64,000 bases of DNA from Bacillota bacterium (GTDB lineage: Bacteria; Bacillota_I; Bacilli_A; RFN20; CAG-288), in contig JAEWSJ010000006.1 of the NCBI GenBank assembly GCA_023398335.1, positions 1,881-65,880 of the forward strand, read 5' to 3'. Below the pieces are notes generated by a model. It was given only the letters and a program-made list of their open reading frames with translations, was not told where the DNA came from and did no database searches. Made by a program: the position numbers and the translations under genes. This document shows, in pieces, positions 47,129-57,600 of the stretch. The number at the start of each line of letters is the position of its first letter. Within the stretch, counting starts at the first letter, position 1.

Positions 47129-49126
47129 ATGTGTCTTATTGAATGTAAAAACATCACTTTAAGTTATATAAGTAAAGATGAACAGCAATATGTTTTTAAA
47201 GATATGAATTTATCAATATCTTCTTTTGGCCTGGTTTCTATCGTTGGTGAATCTGGTTGTGGTAAGTCAACATTACTAAATTTAATTGCGGGTTACAACA
47301 AAGAATATAAAGGAGAGATAAAGACTTTTTGTTCATGTAATCAAATATCTTTTGTGTTTCAAAATCTTCAATTAATCGATCATTTAAGTGCGTTAGAGAA
47401 TATTGCTTTACCGCTTATCGTGAATGGTCAAAAAAGAAAAAACGCTTTAAAAAAAGCTGAAGAACAGATGGATAAACTATCTTTATTGGAATTTAAGAAT
47501 AGAAAGATAGATGAATTATCTGGTGGTCAAAGAGCTCGAGTGGCTTTATGTCGAGCGTTGGTGACTGAATCAAAGATAATTTTAGCGGATGAACCGACGG
47601 GATCTTTAGATTCTTACACTAGTCGAGAAATAATGGATGAACTAAAAAAGATAAGTAAGGATCATTTGGTCATGATTGTTACGCATAATGAAGATTTAGC
47701 GGAAGAGTATTCCGATGTGATATATACGGTTGAAAATTATAATATGAAAAAAATCAAAGAAGTGAAATATCACACTAATGTAGTCGAAGAGAAGGAGAAA
47801 AAACTTGGCTCGATTCGTTTTACCGAGAATATTTTGCTTTCATTATCTTTTTTGAAAAACAAAATCCGAAGAATATCTTTTGCTTTGCTTTTTACTTCTA
47901 TGTGTTTTGCGATTGTTTTAATGATATTTTCAGCGCTTACGACCGGGAAAAATGAAATATTAAATTTAGGAAGAAATTACTATAATTATTCGCTTGTTGA
48001 GTTGTCTTATAATAAAAAATACGAAGTTGAAAACTCTAATATTTCTTTGTCAAAAAAAGTTAAATTAGAGCAGAAAGATATTAATACATTAAACAACTCA
48101 TTAACTAATAAAATCGATTGTTTTCCTTCACTTGATTTTTTGATTGAGCCATATATGAATTATTATTCTTTAGGGTTACTAAGTAAAAATAAGATTTCTT
48201 TTTATCCTAGTCGTGGGGATAAAAATAAAATCTCCAATGGAAGAATCAGCAATTCTTATAATGAAGTAGTTGTAAATAAAACTTTATTAGTTAATGAAAA
48301 AAAGAAGATTGGGGATGAGATTTGTATTAAATACACTAAAAAAATAAATACGACATATCTTTCAACTTTTACTGATGATTTAATTGAGATTAATATTCCT
48401 TTTAGAATTGTGGGAGTATCTATTGAAACTGAGTTATTAAATCGTCCGAGTGTTTATTATGATTACGACAAAATATATGATTTCTTTATCAATACTAAAC
48501 TTATTAATGCTTCAGATAAATTTAATACATCAATTACTTTGAAAGAAAGACTTGGCTATCTTTCTTCTAGCGATGATTTTTTATCTTCTTATAAGTCATT
48601 AGCGGTTTGTGATGATCCGCTTGAAATAAAGAAAATAATCGATGCTAAGTATAAAGATATATATCAGTATTCTAGTGTGGCTTTAAGTATGACTTACTCG
48701 ATGATGGATTTAATCTCTTCTTTTTCTCAAGTTGTTTTATTATTTGTAGTACTGGCACTAGTTTGTTCTTTCTTATTAGAGTTTGTTTTAATTGAAAATA
48801 TTTATTATGAAAAGAAGAGAGAATTAGCGTTGTATTTGTCTTTTCATATTAGTGAAAAGAATTTCTATAAAATAGGTATGGGTCAAGTTGTTTTAATTGG
48901 TCTATTCACTATTATTTATTCGATTGTATTGTATTTATTACTATCGATAATTGGAAACAAAATCTTAGTTAATTTTTCGTTGCCCAAACTTTTTTCATCC
49001 TATATTGAAATTGGAATGGTTGGCCTAATTAGTGTATTGGCTTATGTTTTTTCTTATTTTTGTGGACAAATACCGTTACGTAGTATTTATAGGTCGAATT
49101 TAATTGATTCGCTGAAGGGTGAATAA
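47129..49126 (+). CDS. MacB-like fused ABC transporter (ATPase plus FtsX-type permease)
   Basis: About 665 aa from MCLIECKNITL (RBS AAGGAG). The ORF extends to 47114. Walker A GESGCGKST, signature LSGGQRARV, Walker B ILADEPTGSLD, H-loop VTHN. It has 4 TM helices, with an extracytoplasmic domain of about 270 aa between TM1 and TM2. Confidence 0.8.
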   Translation: MCLIECKNITLSYISKDEQQYVFKDMNLSISSFGLVSIVGESGCGKSTLLNLIAGYNKEYKGEIKTFCSCNQISFVFQNLQLIDHLSALENIALPLIVNGQKRKNALKKAEEQMDKLSLLEFKNRKIDELSGGQRARVALCRALVTESKIILADEPTGSLDSYTSREIMDELKKISKDHLVMIVTHNEDLAEEYSDVIYTVENYNMKKIKEVKYHTNVVEEKEKKLGSIRFTENILLSLSFLKNKIRRISFALLFTSMCFAIVLMIFSALTTGKNEILNLGRNYYNYSLVELSYNKKYEVENSNISLSKKVKLEQKDINTLNNSLTNKIDCFPSLDFLIEPYMNYYSLGLLSKNKISFYPSRGDKNKISNGRISNSYNEVVVNKTLLVNEKKKIGDEICIKYTKKINTTYLSTFTDDLIEINIPFRIVGVSIETELLNRPSVYYDYDKIYDFFINTKLINASDKFNTSITLKERLGYLSSSDDFLSSYKSLAVCDDPLEIKKIIDAKYKDIYQYSSVALSMTYSMMDLISSFSQVVLLFVVLALVCSFLLEFVLIENIYYEKKRELALYLSFHISEKNFYKIGMGQVVLIGLFTIIYSIVLYLLLSIIGNKILVNFSLPKLFSSYIEIGMVGLISVLAYVFSYFCGQIPLRSIYRSNLIDSLKGE

Positions 49127-51932
49127 GATGATTAAGATAACGGGATTAGTTAAACGATATAAGGGAAATGAAAAGGATACTATAGGAAATATTTCTTTTG
49201 AATTTCCTTCAAATGGTCTTTATTATTTAGTGGGTGAATCAGGTAGTGGGAAGTCTACTTTGCTCAAAATTATTGCTGGTATTGATCAAGAATACGAGGG
49301 TATAGTAGAAGTTGATTCACTTAAGGTAAATTCGTTAAAGAAAAGAAATTTAGCGGAATACTTGCGAAAGAGCATTTCGTTATGCCTTCAAGAAGACGAA
49401 CTGGAATACGAATTATCTGTTAAGGATAACTTGCTGCTATCATTAGAAATTTTTGATTATCCGTATGGAGCTAAAGAGGAGATGATTAACAAAATTTGCT
49501 CAAAACTCGGCTTGATAAAGAATCTTGATTCAAAAGTAAGTTTGTTATCAGGCGGAGAAATTAAAAGAGTTAATTTAGCAAGGGCATTAGTTAAAGATAC
49601 TCCTATATATCTTCTTGATGAACCATTAGGACCTTTACATAAAGATATGCGTAAAAAAATAATATCTTTATTAGAAGAAATTTCACAGAAGTCATTAGTA
49701 ATTGTTATTTCGCATAATACGAATGAAATTGATAAAGATAGCAATATAATTCGTATGGTAGATGGCAAAATAAATGTCGTCAATAAAGTTTCATCTTACT
49801 CAACAAAAAGAATAGATTATAACGTTGGTAGAGTAAGATATAGATTTTCTTCAATAGTAGTAAGTATTATTAAGAAGTTAAAAGTAAGAATGAAACATAC
49901 GATGTTTTCTATTTTTGCAACAAGTTTAGCGTTAACTTCCTTAGGAATGATAAGTATTATTTCTACCAGTGTTAACGAATCAATAAAGACGTATTTATCT
50001 GGGACGATCGATAAAAATGCTTTAGTAATAAAGCAGAAGAATGTTGATGTTATTCATGAAAACTTCGTATCTTCTTCTTCGTATAATGTCAATCGAATTA
50101 AGAATAAGTATTCAAAATATATTTTTGAGACGGGAGCATACTACAAATATGATTTTGAAAATACTTTTATTAATTCAAATAAATCATATATAACATTTGA
50201 TAAATCAATATTATCTTTTCCATCTATATCAATTAGAAATTTTTCCGAGTTTACTTATTATAAAGAACTTAATGAAGATGAATCATTTTCGTTTATGGAA
50301 TTAAATAATGATGAAATTTGTTTAGGTCTAGATGAGAATAATATTAGTTTGTTAGCATCAATACTTAATTTATCCACTCGATCATTAATAGATATAAATG
50401 AATACTTATTATCTAATGATTTAGCGTTTCATTTAGATTTAGAAGCCAGCATTTTTAAGTATAGTTTGGAAATGACTTTTTTAGTTAGACAAGTGGTGAA
50501 ATGTAAAAGAAATAAAATTATACATATTAATCCTAATTTTAATGAGCAAATTATCGAAGAGGAAATGAGATTTATACCTAGTGTTTATGACGGAACTTAT
50601 GAAGTCCCCTGGATGATCTATAAATCAAATATTCTCTATTCCTACCCTTTATCAACTCGTTCTTTCTTAGATGAAATTAGTCTTAATAAAGAGTTTGATA
50701 ACTTAATATTTATCAAACTTCAAAAAGAATATCAGATATATTATGAAGATAATAATATAATGACACACGATCGAATAATGGTTCTGGATGATTATGTAAC
50801 AAAATTGTCATGTGGAGAAGTAAACGATATTGTTTCAAAATATCGAAGTCAAATAAATAGTTATTATTATACTAATGGCTTATATTTTTATTCTTCCGAA
50901 GGAATGTATTCAGGTTTTTTAAAACCAGTATACTTAAGTTCAAAAAAAGAAATGATAAATGAACTTATAGATTATAACTATGAAGCGAGTTTTAACGCTC
51001 AAGGATTTCAAGGAGCAACAATTACTACAAGTGAAGATATTGTTAGTGGCGATGCGATTAACTCAAGTTCTTCTTCTGGATTAAACTTTAAAAGTTATTT
51101 ATCTCCACCAAAACCAGAAAAAGGATATTTACCATCTAATAATTCTGAAGTGCTTATTTCGTCCGCACTTGCGGATGTAATTTTTAAGAATAAAAGATAT
51201 TTTTTAGACTCGATGATATATTTAACTTGTTTGACTTCAACAGAGTATCAGAATGGTGGATATAAGAATATTTTTAAAGATGGTGAGTTAAAAGTTACTG
51301 GCGTTGTTAATTCAGACGAACTTTTGCTTTATCAAGCGCCTAAATTTATTTTATCTTTAGGAGAAGATCAATTTAATATAAGTAAAGATGAACAGAGAAT
51401 TAATCAAGTCATTATCAATTTTAAAGACGGAATTAATCATAATGATATTCTTTCAACTTTATCTTCGGAATATAATACTTATGATTTTTCTTTTCCTTCG
51501 TTAGAAATAAGTAAAGGAGTTGATGAAATTGTCGGTTATGTAAGTAGCGGACTCTTAGCGTTTGGTATCTTCACCGGATTAATATCAATAATTTTGCTAA
51601 CTTTAGTAGTTTTTTTATTTATTAAGGACGATAGTAATAAAATAAGATTGCTACTTTTAGAAGGATATTTAGTAAGTGATATAAAAAGATATTATTATTT
51701 TTTATCTTTTTTAATCGGCCTATTATCGTTTATTAATTCGTCTATTTCTTTGCTTGTAATTGGTTTGGTTTTTAAGAATGGTTTAACTTCTTTTTTAGAA
51801 ATAGAGATAAAATCGATTGATTTAAGCGTGTTTTTTCTTAATTTTGTTATTTCATTTGTGTTTTCCTTAATCTCTGTTATCTTCGTTTCAAATAAAATTT
51901 CACGAGTGAATTTAGCTAAAAACTACATATAA
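49119..51932 (+). CDS. MacB-like fused ABC transporter, large paralogue (ATPase plus FtsX-type permease)
   Basis: 937 aa. Walker A GESGSGKST, signature LSGGEIKRV, Walker B/D-loop variant LLDEPLGPLH, H-loop ISHN. An extracytoplasmic domain of about 500 aa lies between TM1 and three C-terminal TM helices. Overlaps the upstream gene by 8 nt. Confidence 0.75.
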   Translation: MNKMIKITGLVKRYKGNEKDTIGNISFEFPSNGLYYLVGESGSGKSTLLKIIAGIDQEYEGIVEVDSLKVNSLKKRNLAEYLRKSISLCLQEDELEYELSVKDNLLLSLEIFDYPYGAKEEMINKICSKLGLIKNLDSKVSLLSGGEIKRVNLARALVKDTPIYLLDEPLGPLHKDMRKKIISLLEEISQKSLVIVISHNTNEIDKDSNIIRMVDGKINVVNKVSSYSTKRIDYNVGRVRYRFSSIVVSIIKKLKVRMKHTMFSIFATSLALTSLGMISIISTSVNESIKTYLSGTIDKNALVIKQKNVDVIHENFVSSSSYNVNRIKNKYSKYIFETGAYYKYDFENTFINSNKSYITFDKSILSFPSISIRNFSEFTYYKELNEDESFSFMELNNDEICLGLDENNISLLASILNLSTRSLIDINEYLLSNDLAFHLDLEASIFKYSLEMTFLVRQVVKCKRNKIIHINPNFNEQIIEEEMRFIPSVYDGTYEVPWMIYKSNILYSYPLSTRSFLDEISLNKEFDNLIFIKLQKEYQIYYEDNNIMTHDRIMVLDDYVTKLSCGEVNDIVSKYRSQINSYYYTNGLYFYSSEGMYSGFLKPVYLSSKKEMINELIDYNYEASFNAQGFQGATITTSEDIVSGDAINSSSSSGLNFKSYLSPPKPEKGYLPSNNSEVLISSALADVIFKNKRYFLDSMIYLTCLTSTEYQNGGYKNIFKDGELKVTGVVNSDELLLYQAPKFILSLGEDQFNISKDEQRINQVIINFKDGINHNDILSTLSSEYNTYDFSFPSLEISKGVDEIVGYVSSGLLAFGIFTGLISIILLTLVVFLFIKDDSNKIRLLLLEGYLVSDIKRYYYFLSFLIGLLSFINSSISLLVIGLVFKNGLTSFLEIEIKSIDLSVFFLNFVISFVFSLISVIFVSNKISRVNLAKNYI

Positions 51933-52026
51933 AATAAAAAATAATAAAAAAATCGTGCATTACATATCGCACTGTGTTATTATCTACATGTAGGTGATTT
52001 TATCATTTACTATGAAAGGTGTTTCC

Positions 52027-52230
52027 ATGAAGGGTACTATCAAAATGTTTAACAAGGAAAAAGGTTTTGGCTTCATTAAAGCTGAAGACGGCCAAGATGT
52101 ATTTTTCCACTATTCCGCATTAGTCATGGATGGCTACAAAACCGCAGTTGAAGGCGAAAGCGTCGAATTCGACGTCGAACAATCAGATCGTGGTTTAAGA
52201 GCATCCAATGTCAAAAAAGTTGCTGAATAA
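52027..52230 (+). CDS. cspA: Cold-shock protein (CspA family)
   Basis: 67 aa from MKGTIKMFNKEKGFGFI (RBS AAAGGTG). RNP motifs. The ORF extends upstream to 51994. Confidence 0.85.
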   Translation: MKGTIKMFNKEKGFGFIKAEDGQDVFFHYSALVMDGYKTAVEGESVEFDVEQSDRGLRASNVKKVAE

Positions 52231-52261
52231 TCATAAAAGGTTAAGCTAAAAAATTTAATTT

Positions 52262-52286
52262 CTCTCCTTCAGGAGAGTTTTTTTTT
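52262..52286 (+). terminator. Intrinsic terminator after csp
   Basis: CTCTCCT-tc-AGGAGAG hairpin followed by a T9 run. Confidence 0.75.
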
Positions 52287-52487
52287 GGAAAAAAAGATAA
52301 ATGGTTGATTATAATAATCAAATTAATCTATTCTTTATTTATTAATAATAAGTGATAAAAAAATAAAATAGACTAATTATTTGCTGCTTTGTTCACTTAA
52401 AAAGATTATATCTTCTCTTTGAGTAAAATAATAAGTTGTGGTATGCTTTATACGTATATAGAATATATGGAGATTTATTAAAGAAAT

Positions 52488-53597
52488 ATGTCATTAACTG
52501 CTGGAATTGTTGGCTTACCAAATGTAGGGAAGTCCACCTTATTTAACGCGATAACAAACTCGCATGTTATAGCTGAAAATTATCCTTTTGCGACAATTAA
52601 TCCAAACACTGGAGTGGTCGAGGTAAAAGATCCACGTTTTGATCGCTTATGTGATCTCTTTCATCCGAAAAAACAAGTACGTGCAACATTTGAATTTACT
52701 GATATTGCTGGTCTTGTAAAAGGTGCTTCACGTGGTGAAGGTTTAGGAAATCAATTTTTAGGAAATATTAGAAATGTCGACGCTATTGTTCATGTCGTTA
52801 GATGTTTTGATGATTCAAACATCATCCATGTAGATGGTAGTGTTGATCCAAAAAGAGATATTGAAGAAATCAATTTAGAATTGATTCTTTCTGATTTAGA
52901 TCTTTTACAAAAAAGATTTGAAAAAACAGAGAAGAAAGCCAAAGTCGCACATGATAAAGAAGCGATTGTCGAAGTCGCTTTATTAAATAAACTTATTTTA
53001 GCCTTAAGCGAAGGTAAATCCGCTCGTGAATTAACCTATACTAATGAAGAAAAAAATATCTTATCATCATTCAATCTTTTAACTATTAAACCAGTTATTT
53101 ATGTGGGTAATGTTGCTGATGAAGCTTACGCTAATCCAGATGAAGATAAGTATTATAAAATTGTTAAAGAAATCGCTGCAAAAGAAGGCGCAATTGCTAT
53201 ACCTGTTTCCGCTAAAGTTGAAGCTGATCTTGCTCCTTTAGACGCTAAAGAAAGAAAAGATTATTTAGATATGCTAGGCGCTTCTTTATCAGGCCTTGAT
53301 AAAGTTGCTAAAGCTAGTTACGATTTACTAGGATTAAAGACATTTTTCACCGTTGGTGAAGATGAAGTCAGAGCTTGGACATTTAAAGCTGGAATGAGCG
53401 CTCCAGAATGCGCAGGAATTATTCATACCGATTTCCAAAGAGGCTTCATTAAAGCCGAAGTATATTCTTATGAAGATATTGACAAATATCAAACAGAATT
53501 AGCTTTAAGACAAGCGGGAAAGATTGCGACTGTAGGGAAGGATTACTTAGTAAAAGATGGTGAATGCCTCTTTATTAAGTTCAATGTTACAAAATAA
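52488..53597 (+). CDS. ychF: Ribosome-binding ATPase YchF
   Basis: 369 aa. MSLTAGIVGLPNVGKSTLFNA, a TGS domain and a conserved C-terminus. Confidence 0.9.
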   Translation: MSLTAGIVGLPNVGKSTLFNAITNSHVIAENYPFATINPNTGVVEVKDPRFDRLCDLFHPKKQVRATFEFTDIAGLVKGASRGEGLGNQFLGNIRNVDAIVHVVRCFDDSNIIHVDGSVDPKRDIEEINLELILSDLDLLQKRFEKTEKKAKVAHDKEAIVEVALLNKLILALSEGKSARELTYTNEEKNILSSFNLLTIKPVIYVGNVADEAYANPDEDKYYKIVKEIAAKEGAIAIPVSAKVEADLAPLDAKERKDYLDMLGASLSGLDKVAKASYDLLGLKTFFTVGEDEVRAWTFKAGMSAPECAGIIHTDFQRGFIKAEVYSYEDIDKYQTELALRQAGKIATVGKDYLVKDGECLFIKFNVTK

Positions 53598-54085
53598 TGA
53601 ATCAACCATTTAGAATTGGTAGTGCTTATGATGTTCATCGCCTTGAAAAAGGTGAGTATATTGTCTTAGCTGGAATTAAGATTCCTTGTAGATATAAAAC
53701 AATTGCTCATTCTGATGGGGATGTTGTTTTTCATGCTTTAGGTGAAGCTTTTTTAGGAAGCTTAGCTTTAGGTGATTTAGGAAAGTTCTTTCCGCCAAAT
53801 GATGATAAATTTCTTAATATGGATTCTAAAGATATTATCTTATTTGTAAAAGAAAAATTACATGAATATAATTATTCAATTTTGAATCTCGATGTTTCAA
53901 TTATTTTAGAGACTCCAAAATTAAAAGACTATATTCTAGACATGAGAAAAAACACCGCTGAAATATTGGAACTTGATATGGACCAAGTTTCTATTAAAGC
54001 AGGAACAAATGAAAATCTAGATAGTATTGGTGGTTCCTTAGGCATTGCAGCTTTTGCAAATGTTTTGATATTTAAGAATAAATAG
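53597..54085 (+). CDS. ispF: 2-C-methyl-D-erythritol 2,4-cyclodiphosphate synthase
   Basis: 162 aa. IGSAYDVHRL, HSDGDV and the GDLGKFFP region. Confidence 0.85.
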   Translation: MNQPFRIGSAYDVHRLEKGEYIVLAGIKIPCRYKTIAHSDGDVVFHALGEAFLGSLALGDLGKFFPPNDDKFLNMDSKDIILFVKEKLHEYNYSILNLDVSIILETPKLKDYILDMRKNTAEILELDMDQVSIKAGTNENLDSIGGSLGIAAFANVLIFKNK

Positions 54086-54177
54086 GTGATTTTTTAGTGA
54101 AAATACACCGGTTACTAAAATAGAAAAAACTTTAAAATATATTATATATAATATATAATTAATGAGCGAGGTGATTA

Positions 54178-54543
54178 ATGATGCAATATGAAGTTATCGA
54201 TAAAATCAATGATACATCAACTTTATATGAAGTAGTCGAATCTACCTCTCGTTCTTATGTATTAACTAACAAAGATAATGAGAAAATAGAGATTATTAAA
54301 TTAAGTGGTGGAACGATAGGAATTATTCGTGAAACTACCGAACTAAAAATACATCTAGTCTTAGATTTAAAAAGACAAACATTAGTTAAAATTAAAAGTA
54401 AAATTCATTCTCTTGAAAATGCTCTTCCTGTAAAGACTGAAAAAATTGATAACAGATTACCGGAATATCTCAAATTAGATTACGATCTTATTGAAAAAGA
54501 TCAAAGCATACAAAGATGCGAATTGGTAATTAGAAAGGTCTAA
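54178..54543 (+). CDS. Hypothetical protein, possibly DUF1934 (YwiB-like)
   Basis: 121 aa. It sits immediately upstream of argS, as ywiB does in B. subtilis. No catalytic motifs. Confidence 0.35.
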   Translation: MMQYEVIDKINDTSTLYEVVESTSRSYVLTNKDNEKIEIIKLSGGTIGIIRETTELKIHLVLDLKRQTLVKIKSKIHSLENALPVKTEKIDNRLPEYLKLDYDLIEKDQSIQRCELVIRKV

Positions 54544-54545
54544 AC

Positions 54546-56177
54546 ATGGAATTAGAAGACAAAATTAAAATAGAACTTGCGAATGTTATTAATAAATTAG
54601 GTGCTGAAATATCGGCTTCTGATATTGTTATTGAACATTCAAAAGTAAAAGAATATGGAGACTTAGCAACAAACGTTGCAATGAAGTTGGCCTCAAAATT
54701 ACATAAGGCACCTTCTCTTATTGCAGATGATATCATTGCTAATTTTTCGCTTGCAGAAGTTGATAAAGTTGAAAAAGCTGGGCCAGGATTCATCAATTTC
54801 TTTTTGAAGAATGACAGCATTCAATCGGTTGTCAGTGAAATTGTTAAACTAGGTGATGATTATGGTAATTTAACCATTGGTAATAATGAAAAAATAGATG
54901 TTGAATATGTCTCTGCTAATCCGACTGGAGCTTTGCACTTAGGTCATGCTCGTGGAGCAGCAGTAGGGGACTCTATTTCTAGAATACTTAAAAAGAGTGG
55001 CTATGATGTTACTCGTGAATATTACATTAATGATGCAGGTGTTCAAGTAAATAACTTAGCTCGTTCATTACAAGCTCGTTATTTAGAAGCTTGTGGTAAA
55101 AATGGAGTTATTCCAGAGAACGGCTATCATGGAAAAGATATTATTGCCTTTGCTGAACAAATAAAAGAAAAATATGGCGATAAGTATTTAGAAGATAATG
55201 AAGAGAACTTTGAGTTCTTCCGTGATGAAGGAACGATGATTGCTCTTGATAAGATTAAAGCGGATTTACATGAGTTCAGAGTTGACTTTGATGTCTTTAC
55301 TTCTGAAAAAGATATTAGAAAAGCTGGCAAAGTTGATCGTGTTGTTGAATTATTGAAAGATAATTGTTATTCCCAAGATGGTGCGGTATTCCTTAATACT
55401 ACTAAAGACGGAGATGATAAGGATAGAGTTATAGTTAAATCAGACGGAACTTATACCTATCTATTACCTGATATTGCATATCATAAAGATAAGTTTGACC
55501 GTGGATTTGATAAATTAATCGATTTATTTGGTGCTGATCATCATGGCTATATTTGCAGATTAAAATCTTCGATGAAGAGTTTAGGATATAATCCTGATCA
55601 ATTAGATGTTAAGTTAGTTCAAATGGTTCGTTTGTTTGAAAACGGAAAAGAATATAAAATGTCTAAGAGAACTGGTAACGCCGTTTCAATGAAAGAACTC
55701 GTTGAAGAAGTTGGTGTTGACTCAGTTAGATATTTCTTCAATTCTCGTGCTGCTTCGCAACATTTGGATTTCGATTTAGACTTAGCAAAGACAATGGGAA
55801 GCTCAAATCCAGTATATTATTGTCAATATGCACATGCTCGTCTTGCTACTTTAATTGAAATGGGTGAGTCACAAGGTATAAAATTAGATTGTAGTGGTGA
55901 ATTGCTAAATGAAGAAAAAGAATTAGATTTATTAAAGACCTTAGCAGAATATAAAAATGCTATCAGTGATGCTTGTACAACTTTAAGTCCTTATAAGATT
56001 ACAATCTATGTAAGAAAACTTGCTACAGCTATCAATGATTTCTACACAAACTGCAGAGTTCTTGATAAAGAAAATATTGAGATTTCTTCTGCTAGATTAG
56101 GTTTATGTCTAGCTAGTAAGATTGTATTGAAAAATGCTTTAAGTTTAATTGGTGTATCATCACCTGACCATATGTAA
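54546..56177 (+). CDS. argS: Arginine--tRNA ligase
   Basis: 543 aa. HIGH-type motif (ANPTGALHLGHARG), MSKR (KMSKS-type) and a DALR anticodon-binding domain. Confidence 0.9.
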   Translation: MELEDKIKIELANVINKLGAEISASDIVIEHSKVKEYGDLATNVAMKLASKLHKAPSLIADDIIANFSLAEVDKVEKAGPGFINFFLKNDSIQSVVSEIVKLGDDYGNLTIGNNEKIDVEYVSANPTGALHLGHARGAAVGDSISRILKKSGYDVTREYYINDAGVQVNNLARSLQARYLEACGKNGVIPENGYHGKDIIAFAEQIKEKYGDKYLEDNEENFEFFRDEGTMIALDKIKADLHEFRVDFDVFTSEKDIRKAGKVDRVVELLKDNCYSQDGAVFLNTTKDGDDKDRVIVKSDGTYTYLLPDIAYHKDKFDRGFDKLIDLFGADHHGYICRLKSSMKSLGYNPDQLDVKLVQMVRLFENGKEYKMSKRTGNAVSMKELVEEVGVDSVRYFFNSRAASQHLDFDLDLAKTMGSSNPVYYCQYAHARLATLIEMGESQGIKLDCSGELLNEEKELDLLKTLAEYKNAISDACTTLSPYKITIYVRKLATAINDFYTNCRVLDKENIEISSARLGLCLASKIVLKNALSLIGVSSPDHM

Positions 56178-56192
56178 AAGGAGAATAGATTT

Positions 56193-56564
56193 ATGGAAAA
56201 ATCAATGTTAGATGTCGCTTATGAAGTTGTTTCTGGAAGAGAAAACCCAATCGCTTTTGCTGATTTGGTAAAAATTATCGCTGATAAATTATCAATGTCT
56301 GACGATGAAGTAAAAAGAAGAATTTCAAGATTTTATACCAATCTTTCTTTAGATGGTAGATTTGTTACCTTAGGTGAAAATGTTTGGGATCTTCGTTCAC
56401 GTCACACATTTGATTGTGTCCATATCGATATGAACGATGTATATAAAGATGATGAGGAAGACGAAGAAGATAAGAGTGAGATTGAACTCGGTCTTGGTGA
56501 AGAGGGAAATCCATTCGAAGTTGCCGATGATTCTGATGAATCAATTAAAAAAGATTTAGAATAA
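56193..56564 (+). CDS. rpoE: DNA-directed RNA polymerase delta subunit
   Basis: 123 aa. HARE-HTH N-domain (FYTNLSLDGRFVTLGENVWDLRS) matching B. subtilis RpoE, and an acidic C-terminal tail. Confidence 0.8.
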   Translation: MEKSMLDVAYEVVSGRENPIAFADLVKIIADKLSMSDDEVKRRISRFYTNLSLDGRFVTLGENVWDLRSRHTFDCVHIDMNDVYKDDEEDEEDKSEIELGLGEEGNPFEVADDSDESIKKDLE

Positions 56565-56605
56565 TAATTTCAAATATTTATTGTAAATAAGGAGGAAAAG
56601 AAATT

Positions 56606-57466
56606 ATGGAACTAGAAAGTATGACAAAGATGCTCAGAAAAGCGTTTGATGAGCATTACGCTGTTGGTCAATTTAACATCAACAACGTCGAGTGGACAAG
56701 CGCGGTACTTGAAGAAGCTGAAAAGACCCAAACACCAGTTATTTTAGGTGTTACATCCTCAGCTGCTAAGTATATGGGCGGTTGGCACACAGTTGTCGGT
56801 ATGGTTAAAGGCTTAATGGAAGATCTACACATCACAGTTCCAGTAGCTTTACATGTTGACCACGGCGGGAGTTTTGATATTTGTAAAGATGCGATTGATG
56901 CCGGCTTTACATCCGTTATGATTGATGGTTCTAAATTACCAATTGATGAGAATATTGCAACAGTTAAGAAAGTTGTTGATTATGCTCATGCTCGTGGTGT
57001 CTCTGTTGAAGCTGAACTTGGAAAAGTTGGCGGTCAAGAAGATAGTGTCGTTGCTGAAAGTATGTATGCTGATCCACAAGAATGTGTCAGAATGGTTAAA
57101 GAAACCGGAATTGATTTCTTAGCACCAGCCTTAGGTAGTGTTCATGGTCCATATCATGGCGAACCAAAATTAGGCTTTGATGAAATGAAAGAAATTGCAG
57201 GTCTTGTAAATATTCCATTAGTTTTACACGGTGGTAGTGGTATACCAGATTTCCAATTACAAATGGCAATTGATCGTGGTACTGCAAAAATCAATATTAA
57301 TACTGAATGCCAAGTCGAATGGACAAAGATTGTCAGAGAAGTATTAGCAAAAGATTCTAAAGTATACGATCCACGTAAAATTATTGGCCCTGGAAGAGAA
57401 GGAATCAAAAATGTAGTTCTTAAGAAAGCTACAACATTTGGTTCGCTTGGAAAAGCTGCTAAATAA
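56606..57466 (+). CDS. fba: Fructose-1,6-bisphosphate aldolase, class II
   Basis: 286 aa. Metal-binding His residues (LHVDHG, LHGGSG) and a TIM barrel. Confidence 0.9.
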   Translation: MELESMTKMLRKAFDEHYAVGQFNINNVEWTSAVLEEAEKTQTPVILGVTSSAAKYMGGWHTVVGMVKGLMEDLHITVPVALHVDHGGSFDICKDAIDAGFTSVMIDGSKLPIDENIATVKKVVDYAHARGVSVEAELGKVGGQEDSVVAESMYADPQECVRMVKETGIDFLAPALGSVHGPYHGEPKLGFDEMKEIAGLVNIPLVLHGGSGIPDFQLQMAIDRGTAKININTECQVEWTKIVREVLAKDSKVYDPRKIIGPGREGIKNVVLKKATTFGSLGKAAK

Positions 57467-57486
57467 TTATCAACTAGTTTAATTAA

Positions 57487-57524
57487 ATACGATGGAACTA
57501 TAACTTGGTTTCATCGTATTTTTC
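57487..57524 (+). terminator. Intrinsic terminator after fba
   Basis: ATACGATG ... CATCGTAT 8-bp stem followed by a T5 run. Confidence 0.6.
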
Positions 57525-57600
57525 TACATTATTTACTTGTTCTTGTTTTCTAGTTCTTTTACAAAAGTAAATAAATATATAAAGAAAGAAAGGTCATACA

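Noticed and set aside
54086-54545. T-box leader upstream of argS, and likewise upstream of proS
   Set aside because: There is no T-box consensus (AATTAGGGTGGNACCGCG) and no specifier or antiterminator structure. argS is preceded by a small ORF and proS by the end of an upstream CDS, so both appear co-transcribed rather than leader-regulated.
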